Of a stretch of 64,000 bases of DNA, positions 1 through 12,159 are shown piece after piece. The DNA lies in the NCBI RefSeq assembly GCF_964194155.1, contig NC_135902.1, forward strand, positions 46,624,001 through 46,688,000, read 5' to 3'. The position numbers and the translations under genes are program-made. The DNA comes from Cetorhinus maximus. Lineage: Eukaryota. How positions within the stretch are numbered: position 1 is the first letter of the stretch; every line of letters begins with the position of its first letter. Under the pieces are notes generated by a model that was given only the letters and a program-made list of their open reading frames with translations, was not told the origin of the DNA and made no database searches.

Positions 1-2487
1 GAGATCAATCCTGAAAGTTTAAGAAGGGACTTTGCATCAATGCCAGGTAAAGCGTACAGGATGCATCTTTACCGTTTTTAAAACTCCTTCAGTACTGAAT
101 GTTTTTCGGTTTTTCAAAGGTGTGTGCATTGGTATGGAATGACTCTTTGAAAGTACTTAAGGAACTGTAAAGTAGTTGGTACCTTTAACTCAGATGTATT
201 TGGCTTTGAGTAAAAAGAGATAACTAACTGCATTTGTTAATCTAGCCTTGGTACGGAAAGAATGAGATTTAATGGAAATCTTTTACTGAGTTAGTTAAGA
301 GGGAGCAACATGAGGGTGCGCACATACACCCTCCAGGCTTAACCGAAACCCTGAAACTTCTGAGATGCCAAATGCTATCTAATTGGATTTTTTTCTGGAG
401 GGAGGGGGGATGAAGTGAAATCTGTAGATTTAAAATAAATAACATATTTCAAGATTTCAACTGCTTTCCTTCTGCACTAGTTGGGCAATAAAAACGGGTT
501 TTCATAGGAATAGTGAGTGAGTGAGGAAGATGGCAGATGAGATGGAGACCTTACGATGATGTTGCAATTGTTGGCACTGAGCTAAAGTGGTTCTCAAGCT
601 CCTGCACACAGGTTATTTGATTTCTGTAAAGCTTAAGTCAGCAGAGCTCCAGTCTTTTGCTGTCTTCCCTGGACTCAAGCTGTACTGTAAGGGCACGTGT
701 GGCTCTCTGTCAGAGGCCTTTTAGTTCCTGGCTCTTCAGCTTTGGAAGGTTGGCTATCCCTGGCTTAAAGAGAGATGGAAGTAGTGTTTACCCAAAACAG
801 AATTGGCTCAATATGTGAGCCAGCGGTCATGTTACTCCCTGGGATTTATGCTTCAGTTTTCTGCATAGTATTGCTGTTCCGTTGCACAGTTTTAGGCCAG
901 AGCATTGGATGCACTAATTGCATTTGGAAAAGACCTTTGCTACCCAAAATTCAAATGAACGAACTGAGGCTTTTATTGTGATTTGGAACAACTTAGCTGC
1001 AAGGTAAAAATGTTTGCTGTGATAACAAAAAAAGTTAATTTTGTTTCGGGATAAATTTTCAGTTTTCATATGAGTCGTATTTCTGACCGACCCAACAGGG
1101 GTGGCTGTTTAAAATGAAAAACTCTCATCTTGTATTTTCACAGGAAATCATTTTCACCTGCTAGATTTGCAGTAAATGCTGGAAAAGGGCATTTAATTTT
1201 TATGCTTAAAGCATTAGTTTGAATGTGTTAGCACCTGCTTCGTAAAATGTGGGGAAATCTTTCGTGGTTTTATTCTGCTCTGTCTCCTGGGCCTTGTTTC
1301 TAGCTCCTTGTCAATTCTCCTCTTAACTCTTTCTAACTCTTCGCTTCTTTTCCTACTCTCCGTTATCTCTCTGATCGGCACAAACTTCCAGTGAGCTGCG
1401 AGTTTATTACTCGTATTGTGAATTGTAGGCACAAACTAGTTATGGCACTCCATATCGATGTTAGCTTGCTGTCTATTTACTTGAACTTAAACAGCACTTT
1501 AAACTGTTTACATCTAAAATATTAAATGATAATGGGAATTGTGGACATCTAGTCACTTTACTTTATTCAGGAGCTGGCTGAATGTATGGTTAATAGCATA
1601 TGACTGAAATGATTGAAGTAGAGCATGATGGGTGTGACGAACCCAACTTTTGAACCTGCTAAATATGCAAAATGGCTCCCACTCTTGGCCACTCATACAT
1701 TTACACAGTTGATTATAATATGTGATCATTAACTAGTAAATAGACAATGTGAAGCAGTTGTATTCAAGGTTTTTTGTATACTGGTTTTGGCAATGTCAAA
1801 ACTGAATAAGAATGCATTGAAAAATAGAAACTTATTTCTTCAATGCAGCATTGGTAAGGAGTTTATACTGCTGGCAAATTATATTTTCAGCGCATTCTAG
1901 TCAATTTCTTTTTATCTTAATGATGTGATTGTAGCTAGTCTGCAGTAGGCTGCCACTGTGAAAAGTGCGTAACCAAGCTGTTGCCTACAGCAGGATCATT
2001 ATTTCATATAGGTAATTTACTGTGTATCCAAAGGCATTTGTGAATTGTAGTATTACAGCTGTTGAAAGCATGGGACAGTTTTACTTCACTGTACATGACC
2101 TTACTGATTCTGCAGCTATTAAATGATCCTCTTTACATTATGCTGCACTAACCTGGATCTGTGGGGTATGGTTAGACTGATGTCATATACCTAGAACAGC
2201 ACACTTCATGGAGGTGTTCAGCTTCTTATACACACGTGCATTTAGCTTGGTATTTTAATCAGGGAGTGTAAAATAATTGGAACTTTGTAATGCAACACAA
2301 TGAAAGCTGACCTAGCATTCAATGCTTATAAGTGAGGTTATCCTTTCTGTTCAGTTGGCGGACCTATTTCTCTCTATCACAAGACTTTAACTTTGCAGTG
2401 GTACTCAGTATGTTTGGAACATGGCCTTGGTTGAGTATCTGACATCACACCCTGACCCAAAAGCTTAAGTTAGTTAAGACAGAAAAT

Positions 2488-3125
2488 AGTTGTTTGTTAG
2501 TACAGAGCTTGAGTATTGCTGAAAAAAGAGACATGTCAAAGCTTTTCGCCTTGCACTCATCAGGATACTTTGCAAGAATACCAATATAAGGGGAAAACAA
2601 TTTATACTGTATGTGAAGATAGCGCTGATTGATTGGCATGTGGACTTTGATTGGTAGAGGCGTTGACATGGAGAATGCACAAGTGATGGTGACTGACAAT
2701 TAACTGCCAAGTATTGTTTGAAATTTAAACCAGACAGCTTGACCCTAATTGGTCAAGACATTGCCCTGAAGACTGAATCAGCGAATGGCTGTCACTTATT
2801 TTGTTTAGCTGAAACAGGTGCAATGTGTGTACATGCTCTTTCTGTCTGCAAAGAATAGGGCCCTGTGTATTAATGTAGGTAGCTTCCATTACACGCAAAT
2901 GCGCCATACTGAGCCCGACTGACAATCTTAAATTGGTTGTCAGCGTAATTTTTAGCACACTGAGGATTATTTAGCAAATGTTGTCCAATTGCGGAATCAC
3001 ATCTAATGTTGGACACTGTTTTGAGTTTTGTTGTTGTTTTCCCCTTTATCAATATAAGCATTTTTGTGAAGTGCCAGGATGAGAGCAAGATGAAAAGCTT
3101 TGACATGTCTTTTTTCAGCAATAAA
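2488..3125 (-). mobile_element. Penelope-like element family A: GIY-YIG C-terminal remnant with inverted pLTR copies
   Basis: Minus-strand peptides CDSAIGQHLLNNPQCAKNYADNQFKIVSRA and HLRVMEATYINTQGPILCRQKE. The segment at ~2515-2590 is inverted at ~3050-3121. Flanked by acagaaaat at 2479-2487 and 3126-3134. Confidence 0.8.
2534..2567 (-). ncRNA. Minimal type I hammerhead-ribozyme-like motif (PLE-A)
   Basis: UAUC-CUGAUGA-G(ugcaagg)C-GAAA-AGCUU-U-GACA. Canonical core boxes and a palindromic AAGCUU stem III. Confidence 0.6.
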
Positions 3126-3779
3126 ACAGAAAATGTTGGAAATACTGAGAAGATTAGACAGTATCTGTTGAGAGATGAGGAGAGCTAATGTTTCAGATCA
3201 GTGACCTTTCATCAAAACTGGAAGAAGTTAGAGATATTACTGGTCTTAAGCAGGTCAGGAGATGGGGAAAAGGGAGGAATGATTAAAAGGTAATGGGATG
3301 GAAGGCAGGAGAAATTAAGAAGGATGATGGTGGAAGGTGAAAGGGGATGGTAATGTGACTAGTAAAGAAATAGATGATGGATCTAGAGGAGGTGTAAATG
3401 GTAATAGCAGAATCTTTACAACAACTGCTGTCCGGAAAAAAGGGATTAGTGGGTGGGTGACTATGATCTGAAATTGTTGAACTTGGTGTTGAACCGGCAA
3501 GGTTGTAAAATGCTTAATTTTTGAAGGGTTACATGATGTTCCTTGAGTTTTCGCAGCCTTCCATGTTATCACAAAGCTTCTCTTTTGTTAATTGCATTCC
3601 TTTCCCTGCCTCTGTACTTGATTTAAACCTGTTGCATCTCTAACTTTTACCAGTTCTCATGCAAGGTCATCAACTTGAAATGTTAGCTTTGTTTCTCTCT
3701 TTGCAGATGTTGCAACACCTGCCATTTCTGACATTTTGTTTTTATTTTAGATTTCCAGCATCTGTACTGTTTCCCTTTG
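3126..3779. mobile_element. Penelope-like element family B: inverted pLTR pair around a purine-rich body
   Basis: The aaaacagaaaatgttggaaatact... motif at 3122-3240 has a reverse-complement counterpart at ~3640-3779. Outer direct repeat agcttaagtta at 2462-2472 and 3780-3790. Confidence 0.75.
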
Positions 3780-4274
3780 AGCTTAAGTTAAAGACCTATT
3801 TCTAGGCTTTTGTTGACCTTAAATAGGCTACTTAAAGATGCATGAAAGTGTCACCTGTAGATTTGCCTTTTTAATGGAACAAAATAAAAGCCCTTCTGGG
3901 AAAGCATTTTGCTGTTGAATATTGGCAAGAAAACCTGCCATGCTGAGGCACAGCATATTACTGTATTGAGTGCCGTACTTCTGAGCTACTTGAAGAAATT
4001 TTAAAACACAATACATCTCCATAGCATTGCTTATGGGTAGCCTTGAACACAGGGCATGGGGCATTGAATTAGTTGGCTGGGGAATGAAACGGTAGGATGG
4101 GAGCTTGGTAATTGAGTAGGGATAAAGCATAGGGACAAGAACATGGAGCAGTTGCATGAATAGAATTTGGACTGACACGAGAATAAAGAAGTTTCCTGTT
4201 ATTAGTGTAATTGTTCGGAACCTAAGGCATTGCTGAGGCATTCTACACACTGAGACTGAGAGCAGAGACTGTTC

Positions 4275-4905
4275 TGTATACCATGGAGGATATTCTTGCT
4301 TTAGAAGGGGTGCAACAAAGGTTCACTAGCTAGGACAGCCCTCTCATCCCTGGAACCTTAGGAGAGATTCAGTGGAAATGGGGGCTATCTTCTCTAAGAG
4401 TTTAGAAGAATGAAATCAATCTGATTGAAACGTATTAGATTCTGAGGGCTTGACAGGGGAGGTGCTGAGAGGTTGTTTCCCTGGCTGGAGAGTCTAGAAC
4501 TAGGGTGCAAAAGCAGATAACTGTGGATGCTGGAAATCTGGAGGAAAAAACCCAGAAAATGTTGTAAATACTCAGCAGGTCAGGCAGCATCTATGGAGAG
4601 AGAAACAGTTAGAACTAAGATGCATATCCTCAAGGTACGGGATTGATCATTTTGGGGTGAGATAGGAAATATCTTCACTCAGCAGGTTGTGAATCTTTGG
4701 AACTCACTACCCCATCGAGCTGTGGATGTTCAGTCATTGAGTATATTCAAGGCTGATGAAGATTTTTAGACTCTTGGGGAATAAAAGGATATGGGATCAG
4801 GCAGGAAAGTGGAGTTAAGATCAAAGATCAGCCATGATTTTATTAAATGGTGGAGCAGGCTCGAAAGGCCATATGGCTGCCGACTCCTATTTTTTATGTT
4901 ATGCT
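4275..4905 (+). mobile_element. CR1-type LINE 3' fragment, interrupted by a PLE-B pLTR at ~4510-4610
   Basis: Degenerate CR1 ORF2 C-terminus and 3' UTR, similar to 13640-14150. The insert is flanked by agaactagggtgca (4496-4509) and agaactaagatgca (4611-4624). Confidence 0.75.
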
Positions 4906-5519
4906 AGATTAGATGCAAGTCTTCATTATACATCCATATAACTCTCGATAAGTGGAACATGGGTACTGATGTTGTCACTACTCTTATGAATCCTAAGGTG
5001 CAGCTTGTCTGAGTGGGTGAGCTAAAGTAAAGTATATATTAACTCTAGACACAACAGCTGGAAAGAATATCCTTTCTTTGTATTGTCCCAAAACTCTCCA
5101 GTTTTCAGCCCTTCTCCAGAACTAACTGCTGGCAATACCTGATGTTTGCTCCATGGCTGACGTGGATACAGCTTGAATCTTTCAGTTGTCACCAGCTCCA
5201 ATTTCACCAGTGTTCAGTCAAATACATGTTCCTTGGAGTATGTTTTTTGATTATAAATATCTGAGCTTTGCTGTGAAATTTAGATTACAACTTTGAACTC
5301 CATTGTCTTTTGTGTCATACATGATAGTTTTATTTTTAATTTAAAAGTATGATTTCTTATTATTCCAGGATCACAGCTGTTTCTGGAGGATGTTAACCTC
5401 TTGTAATGTTATTATCATAGCATTGCCAAGAAATGATTAGTAGTAGATTAAACCTTCCATTGTATATATTATATTGAACGGGTAAATGGAGTTTTCTTCC
5501 CCAAGAGGATGAGAACATT

Positions 5520-6347
5520 TATTTGCTGTTTTCAAAGTTCATCACCCTCCTCCTCCAACACTTCGCCTCTGCTGTCAGCTCAGTGGCTTGGCTTTGCTTG
5601 GTTCCAACTCTCGTCTATTGGACTGTAGCCAGACCATTTGCAGCAGTCTATATCTGCTTCTGCACTGATACCTCTGGAGCCCCCACAAGGATACATTTTT
5701 GGATCCCTCCTCTTCCACACCTACAGTTGCCACATGGCAACATTATCTGTAGACAGGAGTTGGCTAGCTGGAGACATCCAGATTTACCTCTTCACCATCT
5801 CTTTTGACCCTCCACAGCCTCTGTGTTGACGTCTGGTCTTGGATGAGCTGCGCTTTCCTCCAGATAATTGCTGGGATGATCAAAGACATTGTTTTTGGCC
5901 TTTGCCAACAAACCTCATATCCTTATATGGATGTATAACGAAGACTTGCACCAATTCCATCATGCTTTCTGGTCACTGTCTTTGGCTGAACTGAACTTTT
6001 TGCATCTTAGTGCCCTGTTCAGCTGAGAGCTTTGCTTCTGGTCCCATCTCTGTAACGTCACTTGCCTCCACTCTTACTTCACCCCATCTCCTGCTGAAAC
6101 TCTCGTCTATATCTTTTGCCATCTCCAAACTGATGATTACAAAACTGTCCTGGCTGACTTCCTGTCTTACACCCTCTGTAGACCTTAGCTCATCCAAAGC
6201 CCTGCCTGTATACTATCCCACATCAAGGCCAGCTTACCCATCTTTGCTTTCGGATAGCTCCCAGTTTCTCAGTGCCTCAAATTTAAAATTCTCATCCTTG
6301 TGTTTGAACCCCTTCATTACCTTGTCCTTGCCCTATCTCTGTAACTT
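5520..6347 (+). mobile_element. Degenerate L2-type LINE fragment (RT region); its 3' tail resumes at ~7150-7300
   Basis: Decayed PQG-ILGPLLF-like motif at ~5680-5715 (PPQGYIFGSLLFHTY), plus L2-like C-terminal and tail sequence. Confidence 0.6.
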
Positions 6348-7140
6348 TTGTTAGGAATCCATATCTCCAAGAACAATATGCTTTTTAAAATATTGGAAGG
6401 GCAGTGAACTATTTGGGCACGCTCCTGAGTTTTTTTCTAAAAGGTTACAAGTTCACTTTGGTCTGTTGAGCAAGCTGCTTTTTCCAAGAAATCACATGAC
6501 TTCAGCTAAGTGACCAGCAAGACACCTGGGGAGATGAGTTATTTTGTTTACTTGAATTAAAATTTAAAAAAATGCTGTTGCCAGGCTGTGGGCTCTTGCT
6601 GATTGGCTGAAAAACACCTGGCCTGGGAGAAGTTCTGTCTGAACATGTATTTTGAACTCATTGTGTGTCTTGGGAGCAAATTGTGAAAGAAGGTCGCTTC
6701 TCTCTCTGTCTCTCCCCATCATTCTCCCCTTTTATTACCTGCAGTCCAGATTCACCTTCAGTCAGAATAACTCCTCATCTCAGAATAACTTGTCTGTATT
6801 TGAAAGCCCGTGAAGCAGTGACAAGTGAGAGTTAACAAAGACAGTGTTTCACTGAAGACCCTTTCGAAAGGATTTCCAGCCAACTACTCTGACCACTACT
6901 GTCTTTGCGTGTAGGAACACTAAATCAACTGTGTCAAGGCCTTTTCGAACTTCATCCTTTTGCATAAAGTATTACCTTATGCCAACCTGTGCAGAGACCT
7001 TATTTGTCTTGCCCTTTGTTCTTTGTGTGTGTGTTGGGATTTTAAAAGGGGTAAATTGTTACACTTGCAGATTGCAAATTGTATGCTAACCAGTTTTGCA
7101 CATTGTTTAAAAAAAGAGGTTTTGTTTCATAATCATTCAA
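6348..7140 (+). mobile_element. Probable LTR-derived segment inserted into the L2 fragment
   Basis: Begins TGTTAG, interrupts the L2 sequence, and resembles the other solo-LTR candidates in composition. The 3' terminus is unclear. Confidence 0.4.
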
Positions 7141-8719
7141 TTATTCTGAAAGGCTGTCCTTAAAACTCACCTCTGGCCAAGCTTTCAGTCACCTCCTTAA
7201 TATTTCCTCCTTTGCCCTGTGTCCAATTTCGACTGATTATGTTTCTGTGAAGAGCCTAACAATGTTTTTATATGTTACAAAACGCAAGTTATTTCAAATT
7301 GCGCAGCAGTTTAGAATTTTATGGATTAAATTACTGTTCTCTACGGGCCCTTTTCAGCCCTGAGTCACCTTTGTTAATTTTCATAATGCTTACATGCCTC
7401 CCTAAATTGGAGACTCATCAGGTTGAGCTTTTTAAAAAATTCTGTCCTAGGCTTAGAGTAATGTATGAGCAATTCATGCTTGAATGCGATTTTGGGCAGA
7501 TTTTCTCCTTTCGGAAACATGAAATGGTCTCGTTCCATCACTGCCTCTTGTGCTATGATTGCTGTTTCATTGTTGGGTCACCAGGGGGTGCATTGGAAGA
7601 GGAGTTTTACCGTCTTTCTGTTTTGACTCCACACGATTTGACAAACTTGCTTTTGGGAAATCAGTGCAAACACTAGTTGAGACGGATATTGGGCTCTGGT
7701 TCCCTACTTGGAATCCAACAAGCACTTGCATAAAAACTTCCTGAGATGTCTAAAGCTTGAGCAGCTTCAGACCTGGCAAATTTCTACATAGCCAGTGAGA
7801 TGTTTCACACTTCTAGTGTCTGTAGAGTGAATACTGGAGAGAATATTGGTGCTTCACTGAAAGTTGCAGCAGGTTTGCACTCAGCTGTTTTGGCATCGAT
7901 CCATTTTGGGCCTTGATATTGGGATTGAAAATGAGAATGACCTGAGATGTAGAGGCAAAGTTCATTTGGCTGAACCATATTGAGTAAATATGAAAACAAT
8001 TTACGGAATTTGTAGCCCAGTACTTTAAATCAATTGAAATTGTATGTTATTCTTTTCCTCTTTAAATGAATAAGAAACCCATATTCAGCATTGCAAATGC
8101 CAAGACTTTCATTTGTTATTAACACCACTTGTGTATTTTTCCCATTTTAAAACATGCTGACACAGTTTAGATGAAGCTTTCTTTGCAATGGCAATTCTGT
8201 TTATTGGCTGCTCATGCATACAACCTCTGAATATAATTAAAAGGATATTTGCATTCTGAAGCAATTGAGCTTTGAAGGTACACTGCAAGGAGTTTATTTT
8301 GTGAAGAAAATAATTTCCTGTACAAAATATAACTCCAATTTGAGGTAAATTGATCAAGAGCCTGGTTAAGTTTATTTGAACAGCTTCAGTGTGAAAATGA
8401 CTGCACTTTTGTTTATTTGGGTACTTTCAAAATTCTGTATTTCTATAAGGAATTTCAGTTTTCCCTGGCAATGTACTTGTTTCCTTTGTTGAAGGCGTTG
8501 ACTATAGCTGTGGTCTGCAGGTGCTGCGGCTCTCTGGTACTTAACTACCCAGTGCTCGAGTATGCTGCACCATATTGCCAGGATATTTAACTGTGAAAGC
8601 TATCAAAGCTTTCACTGGACGCACACACCCACGCACTGGCTTTTCAACAGGGGTTATTTTGGATAGTAGTCAGGTACGGAAAGCCTAACTGATGGTTCCC
8701 CCTTTTAGGATAAGTAAGA

Positions 8720-9155
8720 AAGACTTGCATTCATATTGTGCCTTTCATGATCTCAGGACGTCTCACAGTGCTTTTGTAGTGTAGTAACTGTTGCAATGTG
8801 GGAATTGCGGCAGGAAGCTTGCACGCAGCAAGCTCCCACAAACAGCGGCATGACAATGACCTGATGATCTCTCTCTCTGATGTTGATTGAGGGAATAAGT
8901 ATTGGCCAGGACACCGGGGGAGAACTCGCCTATCCTTCTGTGTGGTGCTATGGGATCTTTTATGTCTACCTGAGAGGGTAGATGGGGCCTTGGTTTAATG
9001 TTTCATCTAAAAGATGGCACCTCTGACAGTACATTCTCTCAGCACTGCACTGGAGTATCAACCTAGACTTTTGTGCTCAAGTCTCTGGCGTGGGATTTAA
9101 ACCCACAGCATCTGACCCAGAAATGAGACTGCTACCTACTGTGCCACAACTGACC
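8720..9155 (-). mobile_element. tRNA-headed DeuSINE-type SINE (SacSINE1/AmnSINE1-like)
   Basis: Reverse complement aligns with 62080-62530, including the aaagatcccat...gtgtcctggccaata core. Confidence 0.75.
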
Positions 9156-10157
9156 TAGGTAGGAATGTAGAGGCTATTTGTAGCTGCTTTACTGCTGCAC
9201 AGCTGACATCAACTAACTTCTCTCACACTGGAGATGAAAGCTAAGATTCTGTTGTTGGTATGACTTAATATTGTAGCATGTAATATATTTACTCATTAAA
9301 ACCATTTATGTTTTGATCAGTTGCTTTTATATTGCAAGTTTCACATTATTTAGGTGCAAAGTTCAATTTCTGATCCAAGCCAAACCAGGTAGGTACAGTG
9401 GCATGGACATTGTATTTGTGTGAAAACGTGCACAGAATTTTTCAGCACTGGGCTGCATTGCAGATGTGTGAATTTCCTAATTAGATCTCTTGTGAAGTGC
9501 ACTGCAACAGGGAGAGAACAAGTTGGATTTCGCCAGTTAAATATACTTTGTGATATTACACCCTGTTTTCAGCATTACTTGGCATCTAATTTATCACTTG
9601 CTGCTAAAAGCAAATGTAAACCATTATGGTAGTTTTCTGTTTTACTTTCTGACCTTGAAATGAATTCAGATGAGATCCTTCATATCCTGTGCACTTGTGT
9701 CAATTAACTGCGATATGCCCATCAAAGGGGAATTGCCTGTCTGTGGGCAAATATATATAGAAAGTACGACAGCCGTAAATATAATGAGATGCAAAGGATA
9801 CATGTCGACACAGACAAACGAATAGACAGAATGTACATGCACAAGTTATTGCATTGTGGATTAATAGCATTAGCAGCTTTTTTAAAAAAAAACTCTAGTT
9901 AAGAATTGGATTTAAGATGAGGATTAGCAGTGATAGAGATGGTTGGTTGCTCGGTACTGCGACAAAACTAGTTTCTGAACTGTTGGGGCCATAAGAGTGC
10001 CATGCCATGGAAGGCAACCAGCCAAGGATGTGGAATGTAAAGTTGATAGGAATTTAGTTTTGCTTAAATTGCCAGGGAAAATGTGAAGTGTTCCCTCTTC
10101 AAATAAGTTGGGCAAGCTGATAATGGAGAAGATTGTATATGGTTTATGTAAATAAAG

Positions 10158-10405
10158 TTGAGTATTGCTAAAAAAAGACACACCTCTTAAAGCTTTTTGC
10201 CTTGCACTTATCAGAATAGCTTACAAAATTTTTCCAACTGTATCGGGGGGGACAACAATTTATACTGCATGAGAAGTGAGTGCTGATTGGTGGAGGCATT
10301 GGAGAATGCAGCATGGAACAGTTAACTGCCCAGCTTTGTTCAAATTCAAACTGGGCAGGTTGACTCTGGTCAAGGCATTGCCCTGGGGAATGAACCAACA
10401 AATAA
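10158..10405 (-). mobile_element. PLE family A pLTR fragment
   Basis: Similar to 2510-2780 (gctaaaaaaagacac...aagctttttgccttgcacttatcag). Confidence 0.7.
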
Positions 10406-11699
10406 AGTTTTTTTTTGTTTTGTGCACTTTTAATAGTGGAACTGTTGCAACTTCTTGCTACTCCTGTTGAGTAAAACTTCTAATCTAAGGCTGGGGTTAC
10501 TTCCCTTACTTAGTCCCATGCACCCATCACTGCTGTCCTTTCCCAGCTCCACTGGTTCTCAATCTTCACACTTTCAAGATCCTTGTCCACAATGCCAAAT
10601 CCTTCCATGGGTTTCAGAGCATCCTGCCTAAGTGACCTGCCATATGTCTCAGCCTTTGCTGTGTGATAATCTGATACAGGAACTATAGCAACATCATACA
10701 TTTGATCTACTATCCTTCAAAGATATCTTGGAACACTTAATTTGGGGCACTATAGAGAAGGAAAAGACGGAAAAGCTTGGTGGAAGGAAGAGTATGTTCA
10801 AAGGGGTACTAAATTTCTCTCTCTTTCTCTCTCCAACCTTTTCAATTCCAATTCCATCTTTGGATGCTGTTTTTCAGTCATTATGTTTTTACTCTTTCAA
10901 AACTCTCCTAAACCATTTTGCCCAGACACATCAGTCCATTCCATCAAAAACCTCTTAACTGAGGTTTTCAACTGTTCTTATGGTCCTGCACATAAATCTT
11001 CCCTGCCTAAGCTTGGTGTGTTTTCTTTCCTCCACATTCTCCTCCCATAAGTATTTTTGCAACTTCCTTTGACATGAGGAGTGCTGCATTAATGCAAGTA
11101 TTTTACATGTTAGTGAAAATTATTAATGTAAGTTACTGATGCATGCTTATATTTTTAAGTAGCTATAAGTACAGTGCAGTAAAATGTGATTTTTCTTTGA
11201 AATGCATTGAAATGGAAGAGTTCACTAAAAGGCCTTGTATAAGAGGTGTTGGAGATTTAAGCTATCCATGCTTCATCATTATGGCGCCCTGGACTGCTTT
11301 AATCTAGCACCACCATATTTGGCTTGGGGCTGGTTAGCGTCCAGCAATCAGATGTAGGAATAGTATTTAGCTGACAACAGCCAGCACTCTGGTACAGCAC
11401 CAGCTTTAGGGAAATGTTCCAGTATAAATAAATACAATATCTCAATTTATTGGCTATGAAAACAGTTTTATTTGTTATCTTGGCTAAACCTATTCATCTT
11501 TCAATCGCTAGAGGTGATCAAACATTTCTCAAGCAATGCTTTTCAAAGCTTAATGATGACCATGCAGTATTTTTCATGTGTAAATTGGTGAGATAGACTT
11601 GCATGAAGATGAGAAAACTACTTTCTCTACATGCCTTCACTGAACCAAGGGAACTAGTTAAATAGTGCTCTTGGGCTTTCTAGAGAAAATCTCCAGAAG

Positions 11700-11830
11700 T
11701 AATGTTGAGATGGATGCAGTTGAACAAGAGAAAAGGTTTGTGTGTCTTGGTGGGCTAGTATCAGAGGATGAGAGTTGTGTAGGAAGACATCAAAAGGAGG
11801 ATTGGGCTTGCTTTTGAAAGATTATGCAGG
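11700..11830 (+). mobile_element. RTE-type LINE RT fragment
   Basis: Frameshifted peptide resembling VEQ-K-F--LG--VSED--C--DIKRRIGLA, typical of the C-terminal part of RTE RT. Confidence 0.5.
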
Positions 11831-12159
11831 AGGATGAGGACTTTTTTTCTTTCTTGGGATTGGATGAGGCTGATATTGTCCTTTCACCCTCTGAGAAAGA
11901 GGTCAAATCCAGCCCCAGACAAAGGGGGTGAAGGGCTCATATTTCTGATGGGGACAAGCTAAGACCAGTGGGTCAGAGTTTGACCTTTTACCCCCTGGAA
12001 CCAGGGGTCGAATTCAGACAGAGGGGGATGACTGGCTTCTCTCTGATGATTTGCATTGAAGTTGTGGTGGTTCATCAGGAGAATCCCTGAAAGAATTCTT
12101 GGCGTGGGAACCTGAGATGGGCACTCCCCAGAAATTGTTTCAAAGTGAAAATGGATATA

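Noticed and set aside
3828-4250. 140 aa minus-strand ORF (likewise 7272-7676 and 17387-17879)
   Set aside because: No recognisable domain or splice support. The length is compatible with chance.
11860-12060. LF-SINE-like tRNA heads
   Set aside because: Only short, degenerate similarity (cctttcaccctc...caaatccagccc), too weak to call.
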